64,000 bases of DNA, from assembly GCA_937625935.1 (NCBI GenBank), contig OW569364.1:434001-498000 (forward strand), read 5' to 3'. The notes beneath the pieces are model-generated. The model was not told where the DNA came from. It ran no database searches and worked only from the letters and a program-made list of their open reading frames with translations. The position numbers and the translations under genes were made by a program. Positions 11,354 to 21,157 of this stretch are shown in pieces. This stretch comes from Tetramitus jugosus (Eukaryota; Protista; Heterolobosea). Each line of letters opens with the position of its first letter. Position 1 is the stretch's first letter.

Positions 11354-11616
11354 GAATCGCTCTATCACGGTTCTGATAATTTAGCTCAATAGTCGGAAAA
11401 TAATTGCGTTAGTGAAACCGTAGTTCATGGTTTTTCGCGGGAAATCCACTCAACAATTCAAGTTCTAGTTGGTGATATCCCATGAAAAAGCTCTCAAGAT
11501 GCTGAACTGAAATGATAATTGGTTATCCTTAAATTCATTCAGGTCTCTCATCAACTGTTTGGTGGCGGAAAATTATACTTGCCTCTGTCACAACAAATTC
11601 GAGATAACCACAAGAG

Positions 11617-12876
11617 ATGAAAGGCAACTTTGATAATGAGCGAGAAGATACTGAGAATAGTCAGTCAAAGGTGATAGATACCTTGCCCAGTGATTGCTGG
11701 ATCAACATCCTGTTGTTCTGTGAACCGAGTTCCATACTTTCTGTCATGTCGGTCTCAAAGCACCACCATGGGCTCACAGACTCGGTTGGGCACTACCAGA
11801 GAAGTTTCTGGGATCGCTCATCTGGGTACACACCAGCAATGATGTCATGCGGTAGTGAACACAACGACGAATCTTCTCTGCTGCATTATTGGAAACAAAA
11901 GTATCAAAGTACTTTGGCACCTGATCTTCTATTCTTCCCACGTACTGATGCTCTTGCACGATTCAGTGTATGTCATCCCTTGAACGGCACAACCATTCCA
12001 TTAATCGAGTATCCATTCATAGAGAAACTATTGTTCTTCCAATCAATGAGAATGTATGACAGGGAAGACATGTATTGTGTAATTGCTGAGAAGTCTGTTT
12101 GTTTGTACTCTGGATCGAAGTTGTTATCCACGTATCGCTGTGAACAGTCACTGTCAGCACCGGTCGTGTGGTGCCGGAATCTGAGAAACTCCATATTCTT
12201 AGTGACTCGAAATTCATTTCACATTTTCAACAATAGCTCTCAAACCTCACAACTCCATCTCTTACATGATCAAAATTTTGAACTTGATACGTTAGGAGTC
12301 GTGAGATACAGAATAAGTGAAAATTATACACAAGTCGAATTCTATGTAGTTTCGAAGTGCTTGTCCCTAACCAAGGTTACCTTCAACACGATAGATATGA
12401 GCACAACATCCGAGCAGATAGTTGCTGGAGGATATCAAATGTTAGTAAATGGTCAACTGATAGAATATGATCAAATATCAGAACTTAGTTACCAGGACTT
12501 GTGGGTGGTAGTAGCAAGAAGCACCTACCCCAGGGAAATAGAGTATGTTAATCTCTTGGAGAAACAGGTTGTTCGAACACATATCGAATGTTTTGCTGTA
12601 GGAGCTCATCCTACAGATCCACTTGTCTATTTTACTGCTCGAGGAATCGACCAACGGATTTACACTCTGCCCAAGCCGCCCAAAGACGGTAGAGTGACAC
12701 TGATTAGTAAGACTCCTCTGAACATGAATCGCTCCCATAGGAATCGTGCTCACGGTGCAATTAAATCCATTAGCCATCGTGGAAATTACATTGCATGCAC
12801 CTCGTGGAGCGATTGTATCTACGTTGTTTCACCCATCACTCATACGATTATCGGAGCAAGAGACAAAGGATACTAG
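11617..12876 (+). CDS. F-box-like protein with beta-rich C-terminus
   Basis: LPSDCWINILLFCEPSSILSVMSVSK is F-box-like. 419 aa ORF. Confidence 0.6.
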   Translation: MKGNFDNEREDTENSQSKVIDTLPSDCWINILLFCEPSSILSVMSVSKHHHGLTDSVGHYQRSFWDRSSGYTPAMMSCGSEHNDESSLLHYWKQKYQSTLAPDLLFFPRTDALARFSVCHPLNGTTIPLIEYPFIEKLLFFQSMRMYDREDMYCVIAEKSVCLYSGSKLLSTYRCEQSLSAPVVWCRNLRNSIFLVTRNSFHIFNNSSQTSQLHLLHDQNFELDTLGVVRYRISENYTQVEFYVVSKCLSLTKVTFNTIDMSTTSEQIVAGGYQMLVNGQLIEYDQISELSYQDLWVVVARSTYPREIEYVNLLEKQVVRTHIECFAVGAHPTDPLVYFTARGIDQRIYTLPKPPKDGRVTLISKTPLNMNRSHRNRAHGAIKSISHRGNYIACTSWSDCIYVVSPITHTIIGARDKGY

Positions 12877-13183
12877 AGATCTGATTGTAGCACTAATTGC
12901 TTGTCAACTGTCTCAATAGCAGTACTCCAAGAGTTCAAACTGCGTGGTAATACAGATTCAGAACGAAGTGTTGCCAAAGCGAATACCACCAATCGGAAAA
13001 ATTCAACCTATCTAAGGACAGACATTTAGCCTTTGATTTGGATGGATTCTCCTTCACCTAACACGTCGAGAAACTGCGCAGCCGATCATTGGTATTAAAA
13101 GACAGACTTCAATAACCTTCGGACATCTTCCAACACACAAAACCAACACACATATCCTAAAAAATCTAACCCAACGTACAACA

Positions 13184-13816
13184 ATGTCCGCCTCTGATCA
13201 ACAACAAGCCAAAACCCTCTTACAAATCGCAGGAGCCAACCTCGAACCATCCTCTCTCAAGGAATCTGCTGTCATTTTGATTGATATGCAGAATGAGTAC
13301 TTGCCAACTGGAAATGTTCCTCTTCACGGTGTTCAAGAAGCCCTCGATCAGGGAGAAGCATTGCTCAAGAGAGCCAGAGAGCAACAAACACCAGTGATCC
13401 ACGTTGTTCATCACGGAGGACCAAACTTTTATGATCCACAGGGCACTGGTGGTCAATTGTGTGATCAAGTGAAGCCAATTGAGGGAGAACCTGTGGTTGC
13501 CAAGAAGCATGTCAATGCATTTGTCGATACTGACATGTTGAAGTTGATTGAAGCAACTGGACGTAAAAAGTTGATTGTTGCTGGTTTCATGACTCACATG
13601 TGCGTCTCTACGTTTGTGAGAGCTGCTGTTGAGCAGTACAAGTACCCATGTACGGTTGTTGCTGCTGCTACAGCTGCTAGAGCTTTGCCTGTTGTTGGAT
13701 CCGATGGTAAGCCAACCACTGTTCCAGCTCAACAGGTTCACGATTCCAATCTGGCTGCTCTCAATGATTTCTTTGCCAGTGTTGTTCCAGGTGTGAACGA
13801 CATTAAGGACGAATAA
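13184..13816 (+). CDS. Isochorismatase-family cysteine hydrolase
   Basis: LIDMQNEY, VVAKKHVNAF and AGFMTHMCV supply the Asp-Lys-Cys triad. Confidence 0.9.
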   Translation: MSASDQQQAKTLLQIAGANLEPSSLKESAVILIDMQNEYLPTGNVPLHGVQEALDQGEALLKRAREQQTPVIHVVHHGGPNFYDPQGTGGQLCDQVKPIEGEPVVAKKHVNAFVDTDMLKLIEATGRKKLIVAGFMTHMCVSTFVRAAVEQYKYPCTVVAAATAARALPVVGSDGKPTTVPAQQVHDSNLAALNDFFASVVPGVNDIKDE

Positions 13817-13901
13817 AAGAATTGTATTGTATTTTCAACTCAACTTCTGGCTTGTTGTGGTTTTGTGTGTCTGTACGTACACTGTTGTTGATTGCTTATT
13901 A

Positions 13902-15386
13902 TTATTTAGGGCCATAGTTTGAGAATTTGCGAATGTTGGCTCTTGGGCGAAGTCTTGGACGATCTGAACTCAAATCTACCTCCTGTAGTGGAATGACATG
14001 TGCGACACCACGCTCTCTCTTCATCTGTCGAATCAGATCCTTCTGGTCGACGACAGTTTCACGTTGACGCTTCTTGGTAGGTGGTGGAGGAGCTGTAGAA
14101 GCAGAAGATGATTGAGCAAGCAATTTCCTAGCAGCTGATCTGGTAATTCTATCAGTGGCAGCTGGCTCTTCAGATTCATTATCGGTGTCCAAGACCTCGG
14201 GCTCTAATTGGATCATGTGTTGGTCCAAATTCTTGATCAACAGCCTGAACAATTTGTTCCAGTTCACACACATGTCGACATCAGTACCATCGAACATGAT
14301 GGAAATAAAGAATTGGAGAATCAAGGTATCGAAGGAAGAGTTCTTGGCATCCCCGAGAATCGTATGTCGTATCACTTGCATTTGCTCCTCATAGACCTTG
14401 AATGACTCGTCACCTGAATCAGATTCTACCTCGAACACAACTTTGGCATTGTTGAACAGAGTAGCCTTGGCAATCGCTTCATTTGCATCACCAGGAATCA
14501 ACTGAATCTGGAACTGCACGGAATCCCAGTATCCAGTGATAGAGGACATAAAAACAGCTTTGATATCATAGTGAGCCTCGGATTGATAGCAAGAAAAACG
14601 AGTGTAGGAAACCTTGGATGGCACAGAGTTATAATGTGGCACAAAGAGGCGATTGTTGTCCAAAAAGTGAGAAAACAGTTGAATCCTCTTGCCTGTTGGA
14701 TCATCAATGGTAAATATTGGTGTGCTTTGTCCAAACACGAAATAGGATGCCATAGTCATAACGCGTACTCTAGCGCTGGCACACTTCTCAATCTTTTGCT
14801 TCAAGAAATCAGATCTTTGCAACTTGATGAAAGTTTCTCCCATTGTCTCCAAACCATTCCAAGTATTGATACCATTATCATTCTCCACTCTCAATCGACT
14901 CAATACTCTAAAGTGATTCTCCTTTTCCCTCTTGTGTTGTTCCTTTTGTCTGTCCAGATATCGATCACTGTTCTGATAGCTGCACCTGATGCACTCCAAC
15001 AGTTCATTGTCGCTCTTTGCACCAATCAGCATCATTTCTTTGTGAGGCGGTACTGGATATCCGAAATACCACAGAAATCTATACCTGATCAAGCAAGGAT
15101 TCAAGGAAGCTCTTCTCCAGTCACGGTTCACTCGATTGAAGCTCATGTAGACATCATCAATGGAAGCAAACAAAAAAATTTCATAGAGAATGGAGAGTGG
15201 CCAATGAGTCGTCAGAACAGAATTGAGTTGAGCATCGAGATCAGCAGCTGAACCAATATCCACTACTCTGGAAATGGTTGTCCTTCTTCTCTTGGGTGAT
15301 CTTTGCTCAGACAAGTCAGCGCTTGTTCTTCTTGAAGCTCTACTAGGTGTTCCCAATGTGTCATTCACAGAAGAAGAGGAGGACAT
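13902..15386 (-). CDS. F-box-like nuclear protein of unknown function
   Basis: WPLSILYEIFLFA...FNRVNRDWRR is F-box-like. Basic NLS-like stretches (PKRRR, KKRQR). ATG at 15386 preferred over the upstream extension. Confidence 0.6.
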   Translation of the reverse strand: MSSSSSVNDTLGTPSRASRRTSADLSEQRSPKRRRTTISRVVDIGSAADLDAQLNSVLTTHWPLSILYEIFLFASIDDVYMSFNRVNRDWRRASLNPCLIRYRFLWYFGYPVPPHKEMMLIGAKSDNELLECIRCSYQNSDRYLDRQKEQHKREKENHFRVLSRLRVENDNGINTWNGLETMGETFIKLQRSDFLKQKIEKCASARVRVMTMASYFVFGQSTPIFTIDDPTGKRIQLFSHFLDNNRLFVPHYNSVPSKVSYTRFSCYQSEAHYDIKAVFMSSITGYWDSVQFQIQLIPGDANEAIAKATLFNNAKVVFEVESDSGDESFKVYEEQMQVIRHTILGDAKNSSFDTLILQFFISIMFDGTDVDMCVNWNKLFRLLIKNLDQHMIQLEPEVLDTDNESEEPAATDRITRSAARKLLAQSSSASTAPPPPTKKRQRETVVDQKDLIRQMKRERGVAHVIPLQEVDLSSDRPRLRPRANIRKFSNYGPK

Positions 15387-15539
15387 GTTGGATACTTGGC
15401 GGTGGGTAAAAGAGCTATCTGGGGGTGTGTTTCTTTGAGGGAGCTCTGGATTTTTTTCCCATCCGTGGCGCCAAAAAATAGTTTTCACGATCAACGCGCC
15501 AAAAACCAAACACCAAAAAACAGAAAACACGAAACACAC

Positions 15540-16844
15540 ATGATCAGTCATCCTACTCTGTCCATCCACACCATTTCTCAATCACCAACCAAACAATGTG
15601 GAATCAGTGATGACATTGAAACGACACTTCGCATTTATTCATGTGAGATTATGCAAGATGCAGGAATACTATTAAAATTGCCTCAAGTCGTCATTGCACA
15701 CGCTCAAGTTCTCTTTCATCGATTCTTCATGAAACGAAGCATGACTCAATTCGATGTGCGCTACTGCAGTATTGCTTGTTTATTTTTGGCGGCAAAATTG
15801 GGTGAAAAGGCCAAAAGCTTACAGACTGTGATTGAAGCTTTTGATTTTCTGTGGAGTCAGATTCGCAATGAGAACGACTATTGTTCAATTCAAACATTTT
15901 ATCAATTTCATTCATTGTGTAGCTCATCCACTCAACAGATAAGCCCAACAAACAACAAGAACAATAATTCATATGATCCGAATAGTACTCATAACAACAA
16001 TAATGGTGAACTTTTCGAGCTTCAACAACTCATGCACACGAGTATGAATATTTTGAATATGAAGAATGAAGTGATACGGATTGAGAGAATTATTTGTGCT
16101 GAATTGGGATTTGTTTTGCACAATGTCGAACACGCGCACACATACATTTTGTTCTTTATGCATATTTTGGAGGCGAGTGATGATTTGATTCAGAGTGCTT
16201 GGAATTTTTGTAATGATGCATTGCGATGCAAAATTTTATGTTTGCATGTGAAGCCACACGTGATTGCTTGTGGTGCGATTTATATGGCAGCGAATCGGTT
16301 GAAAATCAAATTACCGTCGAGTCCCGCGTGGTGGCTATTGTTTGATACGAGTCTGGATGATATTTTACTCGTGGAACATTATATTCACATGTTGTATGGC
16401 CGACCCAAGGCAAAGTATCACCATGTTTTGTCATTGCTCGAGGACAATAGAGTGGCAACATGCTTGTACATGAATCCGGAGCACTTGGCATTGATTAAAG
16501 GTCAAATTGATGAGGAACAACGGAGAAGATCCAATGCCCAAGAGCAATCAGCGAGAAATGCACAACACGAGAGAACACAGCGAAGCACTGATTCCTCTCG
16601 GTCACAATACAGAGACAGTGGAACAAGAGGAGAGTCGCGCAGTAGTAATACTAGTCATCGAGATCATCGATACCACGATCGCAACAACAGAGACACTCGA
16701 AGAGACTATGCACGTTCGTCATCGTCTTCATCCCATTCTGATCGAAGATACGATGAGCAGCGCGACGATTCTCGCAGCGGTCGCCCCTCTGGATACGGTA
16801 GCCACTCTCGTTCAAACAAAAGACCATATGATTCCAAGCGATAG
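15540..16844 (+). CDS. Cyclin L-like protein with Arg/Ser/Asp-rich tail
   Basis: GILLKLPQVVIAHAQVLFHRFF, ACLFLAAK, ELGF, AWNFCNDALR, IACGAIYMA, PAWWLLF. RS/RD-rich C-terminus. Confidence 0.88.
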   Translation: MISHPTLSIHTISQSPTKQCGISDDIETTLRIYSCEIMQDAGILLKLPQVVIAHAQVLFHRFFMKRSMTQFDVRYCSIACLFLAAKLGEKAKSLQTVIEAFDFLWSQIRNENDYCSIQTFYQFHSLCSSSTQQISPTNNKNNNSYDPNSTHNNNNGELFELQQLMHTSMNILNMKNEVIRIERIICAELGFVLHNVEHAHTYILFFMHILEASDDLIQSAWNFCNDALRCKILCLHVKPHVIACGAIYMAANRLKIKLPSSPAWWLLFDTSLDDILLVEHYIHMLYGRPKAKYHHVLSLLEDNRVATCLYMNPEHLALIKGQIDEEQRRRSNAQEQSARNAQHERTQRSTDSSRSQYRDSGTRGESRSSNTSHRDHRYHDRNNRDTRRDYARSSSSSSHSDRRYDEQRDDSRSGRPSGYGSHSRSNKRPYDSKR

Positions 16845-16973
16845 AGACAAAATTGATTTTTACTTGAAATGAAAGGTAATCTAGGTTTATATTTCGATGA
16901 ATTGGTTCATGGTTATGCCGTGGTGTGGTCTCCTCGACCATACGCAATAAATACTACGACTGATCAGGGTAAT

Positions 16974-18128
16974 TTACAATTCGAGAGAGCGACATGCCAT
17001 GAGGGCAATACGGGCAACAGATCTTCTGGTTGGACTCAAATACTTGTTTCTGAGAGCCATCAGGTGCAACTGAGAGCTGCATTGTCCCTTGATCACAGTC
17101 AAAAGCATCTTTGCGCACTCCAAAAAGTCTTCGGTATTGTATCCAGAGTAGTATTGCAATTGAATGTTCCATGGATCTTGCTTTGCTTGAACCAAATTGG
17201 CCAAATACAAGCTAGCGCATGCAATGACTGATGGTGCAAACTTCAAGAATGGGTACTCAAGAGCAGCCAACTCTGCAAAATAGGAGGCAGTCAATTGGCC
17301 ATCCTTGTTAATCTTACCACACTTGCTATATCTGAGGAGGAATGGATGTGGAGTCACGACAGTAACGTTAAAGTCAAGAGCAGCCAAAATTGCTCTCTCG
17401 GTGGCCAAGAGGTCACTGCGCTTGAACGAGTAAGAACAGAGCTTCTCAAACTCACCCAAGTCTGGGAAATGAATCTCCTCGTACTTGCATGCAATGACCA
17501 GAGCAGTGACACCGACCAATTGGAGCTTGGTCTTGCTAATTTCTCTAATTCCCAAGAATCTGTCAACAATGTTGATGGTCAAGAAAAAGGTCTCAGGCTT
17601 CAGCTTGAATGTTCTATGAACATCAACCAACCAGTCAATAAGAACAGCTCTCATTCTGACGGTGAGAGTAGGTTGATTCATCTCCATGTAAGCAGGATCT
17701 GGCAAGTACTTGAGTTCATTCTTCTTGGCATTCAAGAAAATGTCCTTGGCAAACTCACTAGCTTGTTGTGGGTCGTGCTTGTCCAACAAGTCAATACCGG
17801 GACTGTCCATTTGAATCTCTCTGCGCTTTGGGCAATAGATGCTGTTGGAAGAGACTGGTGTTGCCAGAACCATTGAAGGAGCAGAGCTCTTGGTAGGTGT
17901 TTGCGTTCCTCTTCTGATGGATGTCGTGTTTTCAGCCGTGTTGTGATTTACAGTTCTGCTTTGGAGAGGAGCTCTTGATGCAATAGGCTTAGCTGGGAGA
18001 GTGTTCTTCTTTGGTTCGTACAGTTGGCTAATGCTGGATGGCAATAGAGATCCAATGGTGGACTTCTTGTTCAGTAGCATATGGCCAGTAGATGGCAGGG
18101 AGTTCTCATTGTTGATTCGAGTGTTCAT
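16974..18128 (-). CDS. Mitotic (B/A-type) cyclin
   Basis: MRAVLIDWLVDVH cyclin box, LQLVGVTALVIACKYEEI, destruction-box-like RAPLQSRTVN. Confidence 0.92.
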   Translation of the reverse strand: MNTRINNENSLPSTGHMLLNKKSTIGSLLPSSISQLYEPKKNTLPAKPIASRAPLQSRTVNHNTAENTTSIRRGTQTPTKSSAPSMVLATPVSSNSIYCPKRREIQMDSPGIDLLDKHDPQQASEFAKDIFLNAKKNELKYLPDPAYMEMNQPTLTVRMRAVLIDWLVDVHRTFKLKPETFFLTINIVDRFLGIREISKTKLQLVGVTALVIACKYEEIHFPDLGEFEKLCSYSFKRSDLLATERAILAALDFNVTVVTPHPFLLRYSKCGKINKDGQLTASYFAELAALEYPFLKFAPSVIACASLYLANLVQAKQDPWNIQLQYYSGYNTEDFLECAKMLLTVIKGQCSSQLHLMALRNKYLSPTRRSVARIALMACRSLEL

Positions 18129-18685
18129 GGTCTCTGGTGGTGATGATGATTGTTTTGAAGAGAGATCTGCCCAATTGTTAGATTGTGGTGTTTGTTTGTG
18201 ATGACTGAAGGCCCATTGCCGGCCGTCAATAAAAAATGAAATTCAGGCAAGCATAACGGTAAGTTTTTTGAAAAATAGAGTTTACAAAATTTATCGTTCA
18301 ACAAAAAAAAAACTGCTGTAGTCGGTCGGCAAAATTCGGGGTTGAAGATGACTTTTGGGATAAATTCTCCTTCAGCACTTTCTCTTTCTCACTTGCTGTC
18401 AGAATGAAACATCGGTAGAGCTCTGAGTGTCGCCTAACCTCTTTTCAAAACCGAAACTCTTTAGTGTTTTGATGGGCTCTAATTCACACTCATTCCAACA
18501 CCGTAGCTAACCCTTCAATTACTTCGGAGGAATCCCACTTCAACAAAAAGTGTTCAAGCTGGAGAATGGACTCCGACAGGGACTTGGCCAAAAAATCAAC
18601 TTTAATTTTTCTGACATCCAGAAACTAGAAGACAATTTCCACACAAATAAAAAACTATCACCAAATAACCAACCACCAACAGACA

Positions 18686-19105
18686 ATGACTGCCAATAAC
18701 GAAAGCTATCAACACGTAGGCGCCCAACCATACACCTACCAACAACAACCAAACTATTATCAACCACAACAGCAACCACAATACGTCTACAGTGGTGCAG
18801 TTGATTCCACAAGTGCAGCAGTTACTACTAGTGGTGCTGGTTACTCTGCTTCCTATGACCCAGTCAAGGCCAAGTCTGATGAAGACACTGCTTTGATTTT
18901 GCTTATTGTAAGCTTCTTCATTGGAGGTCTCATCCTTTGGCTCATCATCTACTTTATGTACAAGAAGAGTCCATCTGATAAGGCAAGAATGTATGCAAAG
19001 ATTGCTGGCATCTTGAGCATCTTGTCCATCATTCCATTTGTTCTGTCCATTGTGTGCATTATCATTTATGTGATTATTGTGATTGTGGCTGCTTCTCGTC
19101 ATTGA
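18686..19105 (+). CDS. Small membrane protein with Gln/Tyr/Pro-rich N-terminus and two hydrophobic segments
   Basis: 139 aa ORF with composition and TM pattern as stated. Confidence 0.7.
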   Translation: MTANNESYQHVGAQPYTYQQQPNYYQPQQQPQYVYSGAVDSTSAAVTTSGAGYSASYDPVKAKSDEDTALILLIVSFFIGGLILWLIIYFMYKKSPSDKARMYAKIAGILSILSIIPFVLSIVCIIIYVIIVIVAASRH

Positions 19106-19226
19106 GCATCACCATTACCTGTTTGTTTTCATAAGAATTAATAATAAATATGTATGATGAGATGTATCAATCGTAAGTGTTGTTCGTGCCAGGTCTGAGC
19201 GGTTGCATCCATGGATGTGCACAAAA

Positions 19227-19345
19227 GCCTACATTACTGAGGGTTCTCGAGTAGTCTCCTATCTCAATACTAACTCAGCCAGATGGTGCTTAACTTCTCT
19301 ATTCGAAATGGGAAGAGGTGGTTCCACCATTGTATGAACGTAGAC
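19227..19345 (-). rRNA. 5S rRNA gene, copy 1
   Basis: 119 nt GTCTACGTTCATAC...GAAGTTAAGC...TTAGTATTGAGATAGGAGAC...GTAGGC. The 5' and 3' ends pair (helix I). TTTT Pol III terminator at 19223-19226. Confidence 0.95.
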
Positions 19346-19385
19346 ACAGAAAGTTAAAATGTACCTGAACAGTGTCGAGCGGAGA

Positions 19386-20740
19386 AAAACGCAGAAAAAA
19401 ACGGAATCACATGTCTGGTGATTCAACAAATTTGGTGAAGGAATACGGCAACAGCCGTTATGCAGTGTGGACCACTGCACGGAAAGGCTCTAGGCCAAGT
19501 GACAGAGAGGTGGTCATTACTGGCAACGGTAATGGTGTCTCTCAGTCATCTTTGGCAAGAAAGATAGGAGAGGAGTTTGGTGACTGGCTCAACCGAGTCC
19601 AGGTCATCAAGAGGAAAGGCCAGCAACGCTTTGTTGCATGGGTGACGGTCAAGGGTGACCGCATCTATGACTTTGTTGAGTTGTTCAACAAAGAGAGGAG
19701 GATTGGCAACAGCACTGCTGCACCCAAGCGCAGTGTTGATTGCACAAGAAAGGTGGTCGTCCATGGCATGAAGAACATGTCAGTGGACGACATCAAGAAG
19801 CTACTGGGGCCTGAGAAGGTTGCCAGTGTGCTCAAGAAGCGTGACACTGCTTTCGTGGTCATGGGTGACGAAACCTATGCACGAGCAGTACTCAGTGGAG
19901 AGAACAAGGTAAAGGCCACGGTCACTCGATACGTCGAGAGACCACATGATCCTCTCAAGGCTGTCAACAAGAGGTTGACGAAGATGTACGAGGAGCTGCT
20001 GACGGTGGTTGACGGACTGCGTCGACAGGTCACAGAACTCACCAAGGAATTAGTAAAGACAAAGGGTCAAGGGGGCAACAAACCGGTACCAATGCCGGAA
20101 CAAGTAGTTGCCCAAGCCACTGCTAGGATGGAGACCACTCCTGAGCTATTGGAGGTAGAAGAACAGAGGACTGTAGCAACACCACTGCCATCAGTGCCTG
20201 TTGTACAGCTCAGTGCTGAGAACCGGCAGATTCTGGAGCAAGTGAATGCCACTTCTCCAGTGTTCGCCAGAGTGAAAAAGGAAATTGCTGCATTGGCGCT
20301 GGCTGCTGCACGCAAAAGGTATGGTTTGACTGAGGACGAACCAGTCATTGTGGATGTGGATGATGACTCCGAAAAGGAGATTCAGAGTCCACAACTCAAT
20401 GACAACAAGAAGAGGAGTGCCAGGATCACACTGGGTGATCTGATGAGCAACAAGGCCCAAAACAAGAAAAAAACAACAGATGGCTCTGTGTCCATCGACG
20501 GTCCTACTACAAGGTTACACCCTTTGATGAAGGGCATCAACCAAAACACTCACCAGAGTGATTATTCCAACCTGTAGATGCACCGTCGGGGACAACAAGA
20601 GAAGAAGAGTGAATGACGCCCTACGGGTCGTCACTCACAAAACAAGTCAATAAATGAGCAATCGTGTGCTTGCTGCGCAAGCACGCAAGCACACATGGTT
20701 GTATGGAACAAAAAAAAAAAAAAACAAAAAAAAAAAAAAA
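19386..20740 (+). mobile_element. Non-autonomous non-LTR retroelement (ORF1 only) inserted 40 bp upstream of 5S copy 1
   Basis: 16-bp TSD CAGTGTCGAGCGGAGA at 19370-19385 and 20741-20756 (18 bp if the preceding AA is counted). A-rich tail 20707-20740, AATAAA 20649-20654, single long ORF. Confidence 0.88.
19411..20577 (+). CDS. Retroelement ORF1-like protein (two RRM-like units, coiled coil, low-complexity tail), 388 aa
   Basis: REVVITG...FGDWLNRVQVI...FVAWVTV and RKVVVHGM...DIKKLLG...TAFVVMGDETYARAVL resemble RRM folds. Heptad stretch LKAVNKRLTKMYEELLTVVDGLRRQVTELTKEL. Lies wholly inside the TSD-flanked element. Confidence 0.7.
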   Translation: MSGDSTNLVKEYGNSRYAVWTTARKGSRPSDREVVITGNGNGVSQSSLARKIGEEFGDWLNRVQVIKRKGQQRFVAWVTVKGDRIYDFVELFNKERRIGNSTAAPKRSVDCTRKVVVHGMKNMSVDDIKKLLGPEKVASVLKKRDTAFVVMGDETYARAVLSGENKVKATVTRYVERPHDPLKAVNKRLTKMYEELLTVVDGLRRQVTELTKELVKTKGQGGNKPVPMPEQVVAQATARMETTPELLEVEEQRTVATPLPSVPVVQLSAENRQILEQVNATSPVFARVKKEIAALALAAARKRYGLTEDEPVIVDVDDDSEKEIQSPQLNDNKKRSARITLGDLMSNKAQNKKKTTDGSVSIDGPTTRLHPLMKGINQNTHQSDYSNL

Positions 20741-20767
20741 CAGTGTCGAGCGGAGATGTCTCAAGAC

Positions 20768-20855
20768 AACTCAACGAACACAAGAAGCGTTCAGCACGCT
20801 GCCGCAACGTGGTGCGTGGGCACCATTTGTTGTATTAAAAACAAAAAAGTAAAAA
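20768..20855 (+). mobile_element. 88-bp 3'-end stub of a related retroelement with decayed poly(A)
   Basis: 17-bp direct repeat CGGAGATGTCTCAAGAC at 20751-20767 and 20856-20872. Ends GTTGTATT-AAAAACAAAAAAGTAAAAA. Confidence 0.8.
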
Positions 20856-21157
20856 CGGAGATGTCTCAAGACTTCCCACCACAAGAATACAGTAAGGTGA
20901 ATAGCTTTGCCGACCAGTGCACAAGAACATCGAAGGACAAAACAGTAACCACCCCTCGCGGGATTTTTCTTGAAACAAATAAGGAAAATTGCTGTAGTGG
21001 TTGCTTATTACTCATTGCCTGAGATACAACAAAAGAGATGGCAAGGATGAAATGTTCCGTTTTTATTATGGTTTTGTGGAACTTGAGGGATCAAGCCCTC
21101 ATTCATTGCTTGTGGAACATTTTTGGTTGGAACTACAATTATCGCAAAGTGCACTTC

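Noticed and set aside
16391-16400. GTTGTATGG family motif inside the cyclin L gene (also near 59218)
   Set aside because: Inside intact coding sequence with no A tail, stem or TSD. Chance match.
13220-17876. Long antisense ORFs (13220-13741, 14571-15251, 17295-17876)
   Set aside because: Shadow frames of well-supported genes on the opposite strand.
15540-18128. Adjacent cyclin L and mitotic cyclin as a functional cluster
   Set aside because: Distantly related cyclin classes in convergent orientation. Adjacency is probably incidental.
19259-19480. Short minus-strand ORFs ending VEPPLPISNREVKHHLAELVLR (also 22499-22714)
   Set aside because: Translations of the 5S rRNA genes, not proteins.
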